Source of the DNA: Octopus bimaculoides
Taxonomy: Eukaryota
DNA length: 37,966 nt
NCBI RefSeq assembly: GCF_001194135.2
Contig: NC_068984.1
Span: 13,174,374 to 13,212,339, forward strand
Direction: 5' to 3'
How positions within the stretch are numbered: position 1 is the first letter of the stretch; every line of letters starts with the position of its first letter. The notes beneath the pieces were generated by a model. It saw nothing but the letters and a program-made list of their open reading frames with translations, made no database searches and had not been told where the DNA came from. Both the position numbers and the translations under genes were made by a program. Positions 25,769 to 36,689 of the stretch are shown here, one piece after another.

Positions 25769-26265
25769 CATACACACACGCACGCATGCACAAAGACAAT
25801 GTGTTTAGTCTTCAGTATTAGGATCAGATAGAGAAGATCAAACAGTATCCCTCCAATGCCGACGTGAGTGTTACATTATATGTATGGTATGGAAAATATT
25901 CCAACAACACTGCCTAGATGATGTTATGAACTTTAAAATTCACCGAATGCTCCGTCCCCGTACCATGCCACCTCTACCAAAATCCTACCACAACACTATT
26001 TCACATCCACTGGCTCTGCTCTCGTAAACATCATGCTGAGACACATGGGAAGAAAAAGATCTCGTATCATTGAAATGGCTTCTGAGCGAATATCACCAAC
26101 ACATTTCAGATAAACCACCTTTACCCGGATATAACTCTCCAAACAATAACTTTTGATTCGAATACGCAAATGGTGCCCAAAGAATGACTGCAATACGAAA
26201 CATTTATTAAATGACATGGTCTCGGCTAAACGATGCTGGCCTAACCTTATCTAAGTAGCGAAGTA
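24525..26265 (+). mobile_element. CR1/L2-group LINE, 5'-truncated RT and C-terminal fragment, interrupted
   Basis: Decayed frames give WIEFFLVNRTQHVVID, TGVP(Q)GSVL(G)P-like, SNLRIFA(D)DS-like, then (after the 24752-25272 insertion) DRTNLQSDL, VRDLGVVVDNNVSWSAHI and RPHIEYSCPSW. After a (CA)n tract there is a YSLQ(R)RRE-like stretch and a probable 3' end near 26250-26265. Confidence 0.88.
24752..25272. mobile_element. 521-bp non-autonomous TIR element (MITE-like) nested in the LINE
   Basis: 32-bp TIRs at 24752-24783 and 25241-25272 match at 27/32 positions. GA lies directly outside both ends. Removing the element rejoins the LINE RT region. Confidence 0.8.
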
Positions 26266-26368
26266 TCTACATATATACAGATACTGATGTAGCCTTATAT
26301 AGGCGTCCATACACGTACGCACACGCGCGCGCACAGAAATACACAGAGACATAGCTTGATGGATATGG

Positions 26369-26411
<43 letters not shown>

Positions 26412-26750
26412 TGTAAATCGCCTAAGTGGTTCTCTTTGAATTCCCCTCCTAGATTGTGCTTTCAAATATCAAGAAATATTTTAAGATAAATTTACTTTAT
26501 TCACAACTTCAGCCTGTCTCCCTTGCATATTTGCGGTTAAATGATTAAATCTAATAAAGACATGAGAATTTAATGAGTTATCAGATGTTGACAAGTGTAT
26601 ACATGTTTGGACAGCAAGCATATGAATACATATACATACATGTGTGTCTGAGTATATATACATGCATATACACACTCGCGCGCGCGTTGATGATCACATA
26701 CGTGTAAAACAAGCTGAAAAATATAATACTCGAATACCGAAGGCACAGAA

Positions 26751-26922
26751 ATATGCTTTTATTAAAGGTGTAAAATGAACACAAAATCTGTTAGTCAGAG
26801 TTTTATAATACCGTTCGTCGGATGGGATGGAAACTCATCACAACTGTCCGACGAACGGGAACGCGAAACTCACTCTGAGTAACAGTTTTTGTGATAATTT
26901 TACAGCTTTTAATAAAAGTATA
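26751..26922. repeat. About 170-bp foldback element (roughly 70-bp arms, 24-nt spacer)
   Basis: Arms 26751-26822 and 26847-26922. The inner 12 bp are perfect (CCGTTCGTCGGA/TCCGACGAACGG) and the outer arms match with scattered mismatches. Confidence 0.8.
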
Positions 26923-27097
26923 TATGCATACATACATATATAATACATATATATGTTATATATATATATATATATTGAAGTGAATCTAACGGCTTTTGTG
27001 TGTTAATAAATGTCTTGTAAACACCTTCCATACTGCAATTGTTTTTGTTTCAGTACACGATCTCAGATCAGGTCACTTGCTATGCAAGTACATCTCC

Positions 27098-27144
<47 letters not shown>

Positions 27145-27254
27145 GATTGATACACACCAGTGTGTATGTGGTGAACAACTAACAAAACACCATAATACAA
27201 TTTGCATTTAACTTGGACCGAAATGTAAATCGTATTACTTTTGAAGCATATTAC

Positions 27255-27360
27255 GTCACCTGATGATGTTCCCTGCACTGTGCGGTGCATCCGAGGACAT
27301 TACATCGCTCCCCACCTACAAAGGAGCAGTGCAGAAGGCAGTCGAAACGATTGTTGTGCT
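27255..27360 (+). ncRNA. Decayed type-I hammerhead-like motif with extended stem II
   Basis: CAC-CTGATGA-T-G...CTGCACTG...CAGTGCAG...C-GAAA-C-GATT-GT-T-GTG. Confidence 0.4.
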
Positions 27361-27920
27361 AATTAAAGCTTCTCATTACACTCCGTTTTCCGTATCAATC
27401 ATTTAAATGAGGGCGAACATATGCACCGAGGAATTCCTGACGTGGATCCAGCGACGAATGCGCAGTAAGTGCGGATGATGCCTGGTAGCCATAAGTCCTA
27501 AACGTGCTCTGCAGGCATACTACTAGGGAGTTTCCGAAACAAGGTTTGGATACTGTATTTTAATGCCTCCCTTCTAAACATTATCTTACATATATATANN
27601 NNNNNNNNNNNNNNNNNNNNNNNNNNNNNNNNNNNNNNNNNNNNNNNNNNNNNNNNNNNNNNNNNNNNNNNNNNNNNNNNNNNNNNNNNNNNNNNNNNNN
27701 NNNNNNNNNNNNNNNNNNNNNNNNNNNNNNNNNNNNNNNNNNNNNNNNNNNNNNNNNNNNNNNNNNNNNNNNNNNNNNNNNNNNNNNNNNNNNNNNNNNN
27801 NNNNNNNNNNNNNNNNNNNNNNNNNNNNNNNNNNNNNNNNNNNNNNNNNNNNNNNNNNACACACACACACATACACAGACACACATATATATATACACAT
27901 ACATACATACATATAGACAC

Positions 27921-28210
27921 AGTGGTGAATGTGTGGTAAGAAGCTTGCATCTCAGCCACATGGCTCCGGGTTCGATCCCACTGGGCATGTGTCTTCTCAT
28001 ATAGCACTTGTTCAAGCACAGTCACCGATTGACAACCGGTGTTGGTGTGTTTATGTCCCGTTACTTTTCTGTTCGGCAAAGCAGTCCGATAGAAAAAGTG
28101 CGAGGGTTTTTCAAAACAAAAATATACTGGAGTCGATTCGTGTGACTAAAATTTATTGAAGGCTGTGCTCCAGCATGACCGCAATCAAATGAGTGAAATA
28201 AGTAAAGGAT
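27921..28210 (+). mobile_element. SINE family B, internally deleted
   Basis: Head gtgtggtaagaagcttgc...ggttcgatcccactg joins directly to the 3' body (ttgacaaccggtgttggtgtgtttatgtcccg...gctccagcatgaccgca). Confidence 0.8.
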
Positions 28211-28551
28211 AACGCGTGTGCATATGTGCGTGTCTATATATGTCTATATTAAGAGGGAGAAATGAGAGACAGATACAGAGACAGAGAAAGAGAGAGAGAG
28301 AGAGAGATGAAAGAAAGAAAGAGTCTGTGTAAAACAAAGACAGACACACACACATGCCTGTAAACTCACACATGCATATATGATGTGCTTCTTTAAATAT
28401 CTAATGTACGCAACTATGAAGTATATACATACGGATATACGTACATATATGGAAACACATACACACGCACGCGCACACGTATACATGTGGATATATACGT
28501 ATATAAACACACACGCTTTCATATACATATTCATGAGTGTATGTGTGTATA

Positions 28552-29375
28552 TTAGGTTGTCCTACTATATAAGTTCTGAGCGTTTTTTTAATATGCAAAA
28601 AGGGATATAATTAATTGACCTTTCAATAAAGTTCATTCAATGAAATAATTTCCATTATTATTAATGACCTTTGCCCAAATATCAGGCAATTTAAATATTC
28701 CATTAGCATAAAATTTGACTAGTTTTGAAGAAAAAAAGTTATCCATATGCATTTTGACTCCATCTAAATCGTTAAATGTTTTCTTTGCAATGAGTTTTGT
28801 AGAGACAAAAATAAGTGGTAGTCGGACGGCGTAATATCAGAAGAATATGATAGATTGGGTAAGAGATCCCAGCCAATTTCATGTAACTTTATTCGGGTAG
28901 CCAAAGATACATGTGGTTGGGCATTGTCTTGTTGCAACACTATTCCTTTCCTGTTGTCAATATCCGGCCTCAATTCTTTGAATTTTTTTTTGTGGTCCAA
29001 ATTAGCCAGCTGACGACAGTACACATCAGAATTAATAGTCTTGTTTTGTGGGAGAAGCTCATAATAAATAATGCCTTTATGATCCCACCAAACACAAAGC
29101 ATAGCCTTTTTGGCATGGATGTTCGTTTTTGGCTGCTTGTTTGGCGGGATCCTTACGAGAACTCCGGCATCTTTTCCGCACTGCATTTTCGTACGCAATC
29201 CATTTTTCACCACCAGTTACAAGTTGTTTCAAAAAAGGGCATGCTTTCATTCCGTTTCAAAAGCATATCACAAACGAAATACCGATCCAAGCAATTCTTT
29301 TCTGTGAGTTTGTGACGGACTCGTACATTATAGCGAGAAATGTATCCTAGCTGCACTAGATATTCATGAGCCGTA
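28552..29375 (-). mobile_element. mariner (Tc1/mariner, D,D34D) transposon remnant with one TIR
   Basis: ORF 28764..29213 contains KKAMLCVWWD...ELLP...TINSDVYC...QQDNAQPH...YSSDITPSDYHLF, with exactly 34 residues between the second and third Asp. Upstream frames give VRHKLTEKN (WVPHEL motif) and LVTGGEKW (first Asp mutated to Gly), with frameshifts. The terminus TA|TTAGGTTGTCC...AAGTTCTGAGCGTTTTT is at 28550-28580. The 5' part ends at an (AT)n tract and gap. Confidence 0.95.
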
Positions 29376-29996
29376 CTTATATATTGGTATATATATANNN
29401 NNNNNNNNNNNNNNNNNNNNNNNNNNNNNNNNNNNNNNNNNNNNNNNNNNNNNNNNNNNNNNNNNNNNNNNNNNNNNNNNNNNNNNNNNNNNNNNNNNNN
29501 NNNNNNNNNNNNNNNNNNNNNNNNNNNNNNNNNNNNNNNNNNNNNNNNNNNNNNNNNNNNNNNNNNNNNNNNNNNNNNNNNNNNNNNNNNNNNNNNNNNN
29601 NNNNNNNNNNNNNNNNNNNNNNNNNNNNNNNNNNNNNNNNNNNNNNNNNNNNNNNNNNNNNNNNNNNNNNNNNNNNNNNNNNNNNNNNNNNNNNNNNNNN
29701 NNNNNNNNNNNNNNNNNNNNNNNNNNNNNNNNNNNNNNNNNNNNNNNNNNNNNNNNNNNNNNNNNNNNNNNNNNNNNNNNNNNNNNNNNNNNNNNNNNNN
29801 NNNNNNNNNNNNNNNNNNNNNNNNNNNNNNNNNNNNNNNNNNNNNNNNNNNNNNNNNNNNNNNNNNNNNNNNNNNNNNNNNNNNNNNNNNNNNNNNNNNN
29901 NNNNNNNNNNNNNNNNNNNNNNNNNNNNNNNNNNNNNNNNNNNNNNNNNNNNNNNNNNNNNNNNNNNNNNNNNNNNNNNNNNNNNNNNNNNNNNNN

Positions 29997-30049
<53 letters not shown>

Positions 30050-30620
30050 GTGTGTGCCTGTGTATACATGTACGCGCACACATGGATAATGTTTGCAAGG
30101 CAAGTAGTAGCGCTATTCACTTAACAGGATATAAGTAATGGGAAAATGTCGAAAATGTAAATAATGTAGTATTTATTCACTAGTCTTTGTGGATGGTTGT
30201 TGCCATAATTGGCATTTAATCCTTGCATTCAATGCAGCATATTAATTGTTCATAAACGTTTGCGAGAGAAATTGCTGCTAGCAACGGTTAATTATTTGTG
30301 TGGGATATGCTCAATCGTACAGATGATCTCGACAGATTTTACTGCGCTATAGCAATACAGCAATACCACATTTNNNNNNNNNNNNNNNNNNNNNNNNNNN
30401 NNNNNNNNNNNNNNNNNNNNNNNNNNNNNNNNNNNNNNNNNNNNNNNNNNNNNNNNNNNNNNNNNNNNNNNNNNNNNNNNNNNNNNNNATATATGTGCAC
30501 TAATCGATTCACAGCTGCTACCAGCACTGTTTTATAATTGCAGTTGTTGTTTTTGTTGCTGTAGTTCTTGTTGGTGTTGTTGTTATTAATATTATTATTG
30601 TTATTGTTATTATCATTATT

Positions 30621-30835
30621 AAGGCGGTGCGCTGGGAGAATTGTTGACACGCCAGACAATATATTATCGGTATATTTTTCCAAATTTATGTTCTGAGGTC
30701 AGATGCTGCCGAGGTCACCTTTGACTTGCAGCCTCTCGTGGCCGTTAAAATAAGTACCAGTCATATAATGGGATTGATGAAATCGACAAGCCCCGCCCCG
30801 CAATTATTCCAGTCCTTGTGCCTATATTAGAAAGG
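30621..30835 (+). mobile_element. SINE family A
   Basis: aaggcggtgcgctgggagaattgttgacacgcc...gccgaggtcacctttg...aaaataagtaccagtc, downstream of an (att/gtt)n tract. Confidence 0.8.
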
Positions 30836-30889
30836 AGTACTACTGCAACGCTCAATATAAAATACCAATTTCGTATGTCAGCAATGTCG

Positions 30890-31072
30890 GGGGGATGGGG
30901 GTTAAGTTGATTACATCGAACCCAGTGATCAATTGCTACTTATTTTATCGACCCTGAATCGATGAAGAGCAAGGCTGACCCCGGCGGAATTTGAGCTCAA
31001 TATATAAAGACGGACGAAATACTACTAAGCATTTTGCCTGACGTGTTAACTATTCTGACGGTTCACCGCCTT
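30890..31072 (-). mobile_element. SINE family A
   Basis: Reverse complement of aaggcggtgaaccgtcagaatagttaacacg...aaattccgccggggtcagcc...gggtcgataaaataag. Confidence 0.8.
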
Positions 31073-31233
31073 AAGACAACACCAACAATAATAACAGGCG
31101 TTGAAGTATGCATAATTAACTGAATAAAACCGAATACAAACCATCAAATCATCTAATACTCACTTAGAGTAAGGTGGTATTGTAATTACCTGCCTCGAAC
31201 TATGTCTGGAATTAAATTACTCTGGCCTCAGAT

Positions 31234-31448
31234 TCTTTTCTACTCTAGGCACAGGCCCCGAAATATTTAGGGAGGAGACCACTCGATTAGATCGACCTCA
31301 GTACGCAACTGATACTTAATTTATCGACCCCGAAAGGATGACAGGCAAAGTAGACCGCGGCGTAATTTGAACTTAGAACGTAACGACAGACAAAATACCG
31401 TTATGCATTTAGCCCAGTCCGCTAACGATTCTGCCAGCTCGCCGCCTT
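31234..31448 (-). mobile_element. SINE family A, full-length monomer
   Basis: Reverse complement of aaggcggcgagctggcagaatcgttagc...ctttcggggtcgataaattaag...gtgcctagagtagaaaaga. Confidence 0.9.
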
Positions 31449-31489
31449 TATGACTTGTAATATTCACAAGACGGCATGCTAGGAGTAAA

Positions 31490-31675
31490 GATAGCAAGCC
31501 GAGTAAAATGCTAAGTGGAATTTGAACTCATGCCGGAGTTCAAATTCCACCGAGGTCGACTTTGCTTTCTTCCTTCAAGATCGATAAAATAAGTACCAGT
31601 GGAGACATGGTGTTCGATTTACTCGACTCACCTCTCTCTCGAAATTGCTTGACTTGTGCCAAAATTTAAGTCAAT
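31490..31675 (+). mobile_element. SINE family A, rearranged head
   Basis: ggagttcaaattccaccgaggtcgactttgc...tcgataaaataagtaccagt...gtgccaaaattt. Confidence 0.8.
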
Positions 31676-31964
31676 ATTGTTACTGCCTTAAATGTTTGGG
31701 AGAAGCGTTTCCTCAAGTAATCGTAGCTGGTATATATTCCGGTATCAGTTGATACTTGAACCCGTGTCGTAGAAGTATAATACTAAATGAAATTTAGTCA
31801 GACACTGAGCCATTTCCAGCACGCTACCAATTTCTTTGACGCTATTGTTTTCTTTGATAACAAAAAATATCAATATCTCAGGCAACTTTTCGTTATAATG
31901 AGGACAGTGTGTGGCATGATAAATTTTCGTCAAATCGAATACTCGACTTAATTTCGATGTGCAT

Positions 31965-32395
31965 TTACTGCATCATCCATTAATCATTATCAGCTATCGT
32001 CTGCCCTCACCAGGCTAAATACTACGAAACGCCATCATGTGCTTTCGTGTGCTGTCCTTATACACTCACCGTGTTTTTAAAATGTTTCATTTTTGTTATT
32101 AACCATCCATTTAAGTCTTGTTTTGTTTTTTCTCTTTTTCCCTTTTTTCATTCATTTTTGCCTTTTATTAACACTTTTTCTAATTAAATGTCCAAAATAT
32201 TTTAGTTTTCTTTGGTGCTTTTTAAATTTTCCTTCATTTCTTTTCGTTTTTTTTTAATCATTGTTATTGCTTTATCTCTTCTTTTTTGTTTTGATCATAA
32301 TATTCTCAATAGTCTTCTCGTTTAAAGGCTTCCAATCTATTTGAAAACACTTTGTTAATATCTATGTTTCAACTCCGTGTAATAGAGTCAACTAC
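31965..32395 (-). mobile_element. RTE-clade LINE 3' remnant
   Basis: Minus frames give TLLHGVET*ILTK, RLEAF and QRKLKYFGHLIRK, typical of the RTE ORF C-terminus. They are followed by a decayed (TGA/GAT)n-like tail (gatagctgataatgattaatggatgatg). Confidence 0.75.
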
Positions 32396-32510
32396 ATATA
32401 TAACATTTCAATAAGCTTTATAACATTTAAAACATTTTAATAATCTTTATAACATATTTAACATATTAATAATCATCTTTCCAGTGTTCATATATTAATG
32501 TTGCATGATA

Positions 32511-32965
32511 AAGCGGCGAACTGGCAGAGTGGTTAGCATGCAAGGGAAAATGCTTGACGCATTTCGTCCGTCTTTGCATTCCGTGTTCAAATCCCGCCGG
32601 GGTCGACTTTACCCTCTATCCTTTCTGGGTTGATCAAATAAATCCCAATTTTGCACTGGGATCAATGTAATCGACTGCCACCCCGCCACCCACTCCAAAA
32701 TTTGCTGGATTTGTGCCAAAATTTGAGACCCATATTAATGTTGCATGATAAAGCGCCCAAATGGCAGAATGGTCAGCACGCCGGGGAAAATGCTAAGCGG
32801 AATTTAATCCGTCTTCACGTTCTGTGTTCAAATTCCGCCGGGGTCGACTTCGCTTTTTATCTTTTCGGGGTTAATAAAATAAGTGCCAGCCGAGCACTGG
32901 GGTTGATATAACCGACTTAGGCCTTCCCCCAGAAATTGCTGGCTTCGTGTCCAAATTTGAAACCG
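32511..32965 (+). mobile_element. Two tandem SINE family A monomers (240-bp period)
   Basis: Monomers start at about 32511 and 32751, each preceded by the identical ATATTAATGTTGCATGATA. Confidence 0.88.
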
Positions 32966-33012
32966 ATATAAATGTTTCATGATGTTAGTATCCTTGTATT
33001 AAACAATATTTT

Positions 33013-33397
33013 CAGTCATTCGATTGCGGCCATGCTTGAGTATTTCTTTGAAGAGTTTAATTAATCAAATGGACACAGTTACATGTTTTAAGTCCGGTTC
33101 TTATTATATCGGTGGTTTTTTTTTTGCCAAACCCTAAGTTGGAGGAACACAAACAAACCAACACTGGCTGTGAGAGACAAAGATGCACGCTCACAGACGC
33201 GCACATACACATGCGTGTATGTTTCTATGCAATTTCCGGGTTTCTATGAGGATTCCGTCTACTCAATTCGCTCACAAGCCATAGGTCGCCTGGGGGCTAT
33301 TTTAAAAGACACCTAGACAAAGTACCACGCAGGGAGATTGAACTCAAAGCTAAATGGCTGCAAAGCAAACTTTTTAATCACACAGTCTTGGCTGCAT
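33013..33397 (-). mobile_element. SINE family B, decayed copy
   Basis: cagtcattcgattgcggccatgct (3' end) through ttccgtctac...gctcacaagcc...aagacacc...gtaccacgcaggga. Confidence 0.7.
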
Positions 33398-33577
33398 CCA
33401 CAACTTATTTAACATTTCTGTTCACATAACGTTCTTGCTATTTCCATTTTCATTTTCATTCGTTTCACATTTCTCATGTTCTATTTGCATATATCTCAGG
33501 TCTATGTCTGTTAGTCATTTGGCTTTATCTCAATTGTAATAAATATTTTGGCGGCAACTATTGCTTTTTTCTGATTA

Positions 33578-35026
33578 CATTGAGAAACACAGAATTTTGT
33601 GTCTGAGATATTTGACCTGTACTTAGGTAAATTTTGATCGCTCATTCTAAATATGCCATTAGCGTCATTCCATCATCTCTGGGTATCTAGATATGTTATA
33701 CTCCTAATTGCTATGCATACAACCCATCAAACAAAGGATTGGTGACTACAAAACATTATTGTTGGCTTTTGGATAAAAACTGGATCCATAAAAAAAATAT
33801 ATTTATAATTAAATTACATCAACAGAAGCAGATAACAGCGAAACACGAGTAGAAGGTTATCACTGAATGAACTTTTATTTACTCAAGCATATCACGAAAG
33901 CGGTATTTTAAAAACTTTATGTGGTAAGCTGTCTCACGATAACCACATTGAGTTGTTCAGTAGGATTCCATCATAATATGAATTTTTCTGTGTCTCGGTA
34001 TCTTTCTTCCATAATTCTTAAATCTTTATGGAATCCTTCACCTTTTTTTATCACCTAGATCACCAATGTTGTCTGGAAAGCGATCCAAGTGATTTGGGAG
34101 ATTACGCACCCTGTTGCTTATATCATAGTCAAGTTGCGAGAAAGAAAAAAGCGTGTTCTCCATTAGTTCAGGGTAGTTATCTGCTTTGTGGCTCCGAAGA
34201 AAATTACTTGTATCCAGAGTGAACAAAGATCGTGTATATCTGTCTCAGTATTGATAATTGAATCTTTGAAATATGGGTCTTTCGTGCATTTCCTTATTTG
34301 TGGACCGTCGAAAATACCTGCCTTCAGCTTCCACACACACAGCGCCGGAAATTGTCTGTAAATATAGTCGAGGCAGTCCTCTTATTTGTTCAAGGCCTTC
34401 GCAAGCTGTTTCGTTAAATCTAGTTTGATGTGCAGTAGTGGTATAAATTTATCTCTTTCAACCAAGAGTTCTGCGAGGGCATTGTTTTCTCACCAAATAC
34501 TCATCCATAGACCTGTACCCCAGAGACAAATAAAGCAAGGATACTCAGTGTATCTATGCTGCTACCCAGGCGAAAATTCACCATTTTGTGATCTCTGCAG
34601 ATTAGACATTGCTGATCGAAGTATCATATTTTCTGTAAACCCGAGGCGATTGTTTCCAGCTGTTCAGTAACAGATTGGGTCTGATCCATATATGTTGTTG
34701 TTGCACACATTTAAAGCTCCGCATAGAACTATCTGTGAATTACCACCATTTACTCGGTACATAATTTGATATACCCTCTTTCATCTGCAAGCCTTGAACA
34801 TTGTTCCAAAAAACGAAATCATTTTCCTCCGAGACGAAGAGCTGTTAATCCATTTCTATATTGTGATAGTAAGTGATTTCGGTATATTTTCTGATGATTG
34901 CATTATCTGACTAACTAGAGCTGCTAGAGACAAATGCTCATAGTATTATCCAGTGGTCTGAATAGACCTAAAATTGGAACTAAAAGCTACGGCACGTGAT
35001 CTTTATATAAAACTTGTTCCCAGTAG
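33578..35026 (-). mobile_element. CMC-superfamily (Chapaev3-like) DNA transposon, internally deleted, pseudogenised transposase
   Basis: Minus-strand frames with stops and frameshifts, about 34880 to 33960: FTDSSMRSFKCV, DHKMVNF...YPCFICLW (CxxC), LLHIKLDLTKQLAKAL, KLKAGIFDGPQIRK, NFLRSHKADNYPEL, HLDRFPDNIGDL, GEGFHKDLRIMEERY. These match the motif order I recall for Chapaev3-type transposases. Putative decayed termini are CATTGAGAAACA at 33578 and TGTTCCCAGTAG at about 35015-35026. The family name is inferred. Confidence 0.8.
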
Positions 35027-35503
35027 TATAATTTATTTTGTTTCTTTTATTTGCATTTCCGTGCCATAGGACTTGCTTTTGTATTTTACATTGCATTCGC
35101 AGAGCGTGAACAAGGTGTAGTGACTAAAACATCAGAGCTAAAATATAACATTACATTTTATAAAATATACTATGATATAATATATTTTAACTCGGTATTT
35201 TATTGGTAAGTGGTATTTACATTGAACTCTGCTTTCCGGTCGGTACTTCTGGATGAGATTATTTATAACTAAATCTCAAATGAATAGCCATGTCTTACGA
35301 ACATGATGCAATATATCTTTCTTGCGACTCTTAGTATTCAGGGCTTTGTTAGCAATATCTTACTGAAAGCAACAACGAAAAATGGCAGCTTTGTCAGAAC
35401 TAAATGACTGGGAAGAGAAATTTTTGCCACGTTACGTAGAAAACTCCAGCATTCTATGAGAAAATGGATTCGATTTAGAATTTGTACGATATCTTTCCTG
35501 AGA

Positions 35504-35871
35504 AAGGCGGCGAGCTGGCAGAAACGTTAGCACGTCGGGCGAAAGGCTTCGTGGTATTTCGTCGGCCGCTACGTTCTGAGTTCAAATTCCGCCGAGGTCG
35601 ACTTTGCCTTTCATCCTTTCGGGGTCGATAAATTAAGTACCAGTTAGGCACTGGAGTCGATGTAATCGATTTAATCCCTTTGTCTGTCCTTGTTTGTCCC
35701 CTCTATGTTTAGCCGCTTGTGGGCAATAAAGAAATAAGAAACATTAGCGCACCGGGCGAAATGCCTAGCGGTCTTTACGTTCTGATTTCAAATTCCGTCG
35801 AGGTTGACTTTAACTATCATCCTTTCGAGGTCGATAAATTAAGTACCAGTTGCGTAGTGGGGTCGATCTAA
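35504..35871 (+). mobile_element. SINE family A, well-preserved dimer
   Basis: AAGGCGGCGAGCTGGCAGAAACGTTAGC head, GAGTTCAAATTCC B-box, core, long linker, then a second monomer. Confidence 0.92.
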
Positions 35872-36219
35872 AGCAGGACGAGTATCTGAAGCCATTTATA
35901 TCAATTTAGGGTAAGGTGAATTTGAAGTCTACCTCATCCTAAATTATTATAAATGACTTAAGTTACTTGTCCTGCCTTGAATTTTGTTGTCCTTTTCTTC
36001 TAATATACATACGTACATACATACATGCGTGTANNNNNNNNNNNNNNNNNNNNNNNNNNNNNNNNNNNNNNNNNNNNNNNNNNNNNNNNNNNNNNNNNNN
36101 NNNNNNNNNNNNNNNNNNNNNNNNNNNNNNNNNNNNNNNNNNNNNNNNNNNNNNNNNNNNNNNNNNNNNNNNNNNNNNNNNNNNNNNNNNNNNNNNNNNN
36201 NNNNNNNNNNNNNNNNNNN

Positions 36220-36273
<54 letters not shown>

Positions 36274-36549
36274 ATGTATGTACGTGTGTATGCACAAGGG
36301 AGCCTCAGATCTATTCGGATCATACTTCTTTGAATGTGGTGTAGTTTTACGGCAAAGACAAAGCTACATTCACACGTATTTCATATTTAATTTATGATAT
36401 TTCTTATTCTTGTTTCCCCCGTTTTACAACTACGACAATGAATGGTGCTGACATCACGGAGGCTGTGTCCGAAGTATTGTTTAGAAGTTGAAAATGTTGG
36501 CGATGCCCAATGGGTATCGATGGTGGTATTAGTGTGTCTGCTCTGATTG

Positions 36550-36588
36550 TTGTTTTTGTTGTTGTTGGTGGTGGTGGTGGTAGTGCTG

Positions 36589-36632
<44 letters not shown>

Positions 36633-36642
36633 NNNNNNNNNN

Positions 36643-36686
<44 letters not shown>
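36550..36686. repeat. Compound (GTT)n/(GGT)n/(ACT)n trinucleotide repeat
   Basis: Seen directly in the sequence. Includes the 10-N gap 36633-36642. Confidence 0.95.

Positions 36687-36689
<3 letters not shown>

Noticed and set aside
28764-29213. Mariner ORF as a functional or domesticated gene (SETMAR-like)
   Set aside because: The first catalytic Asp is mutated, frameshifts lie upstream, the C-terminus is cut by a frameshift, a TIR is retained and there is no SET domain.
32064-32075. Strong minus-strand splice donor CACG|GTGAGT
   Set aside because: It lies inside the RTE LINE remnant and has no credible acceptor upstream.
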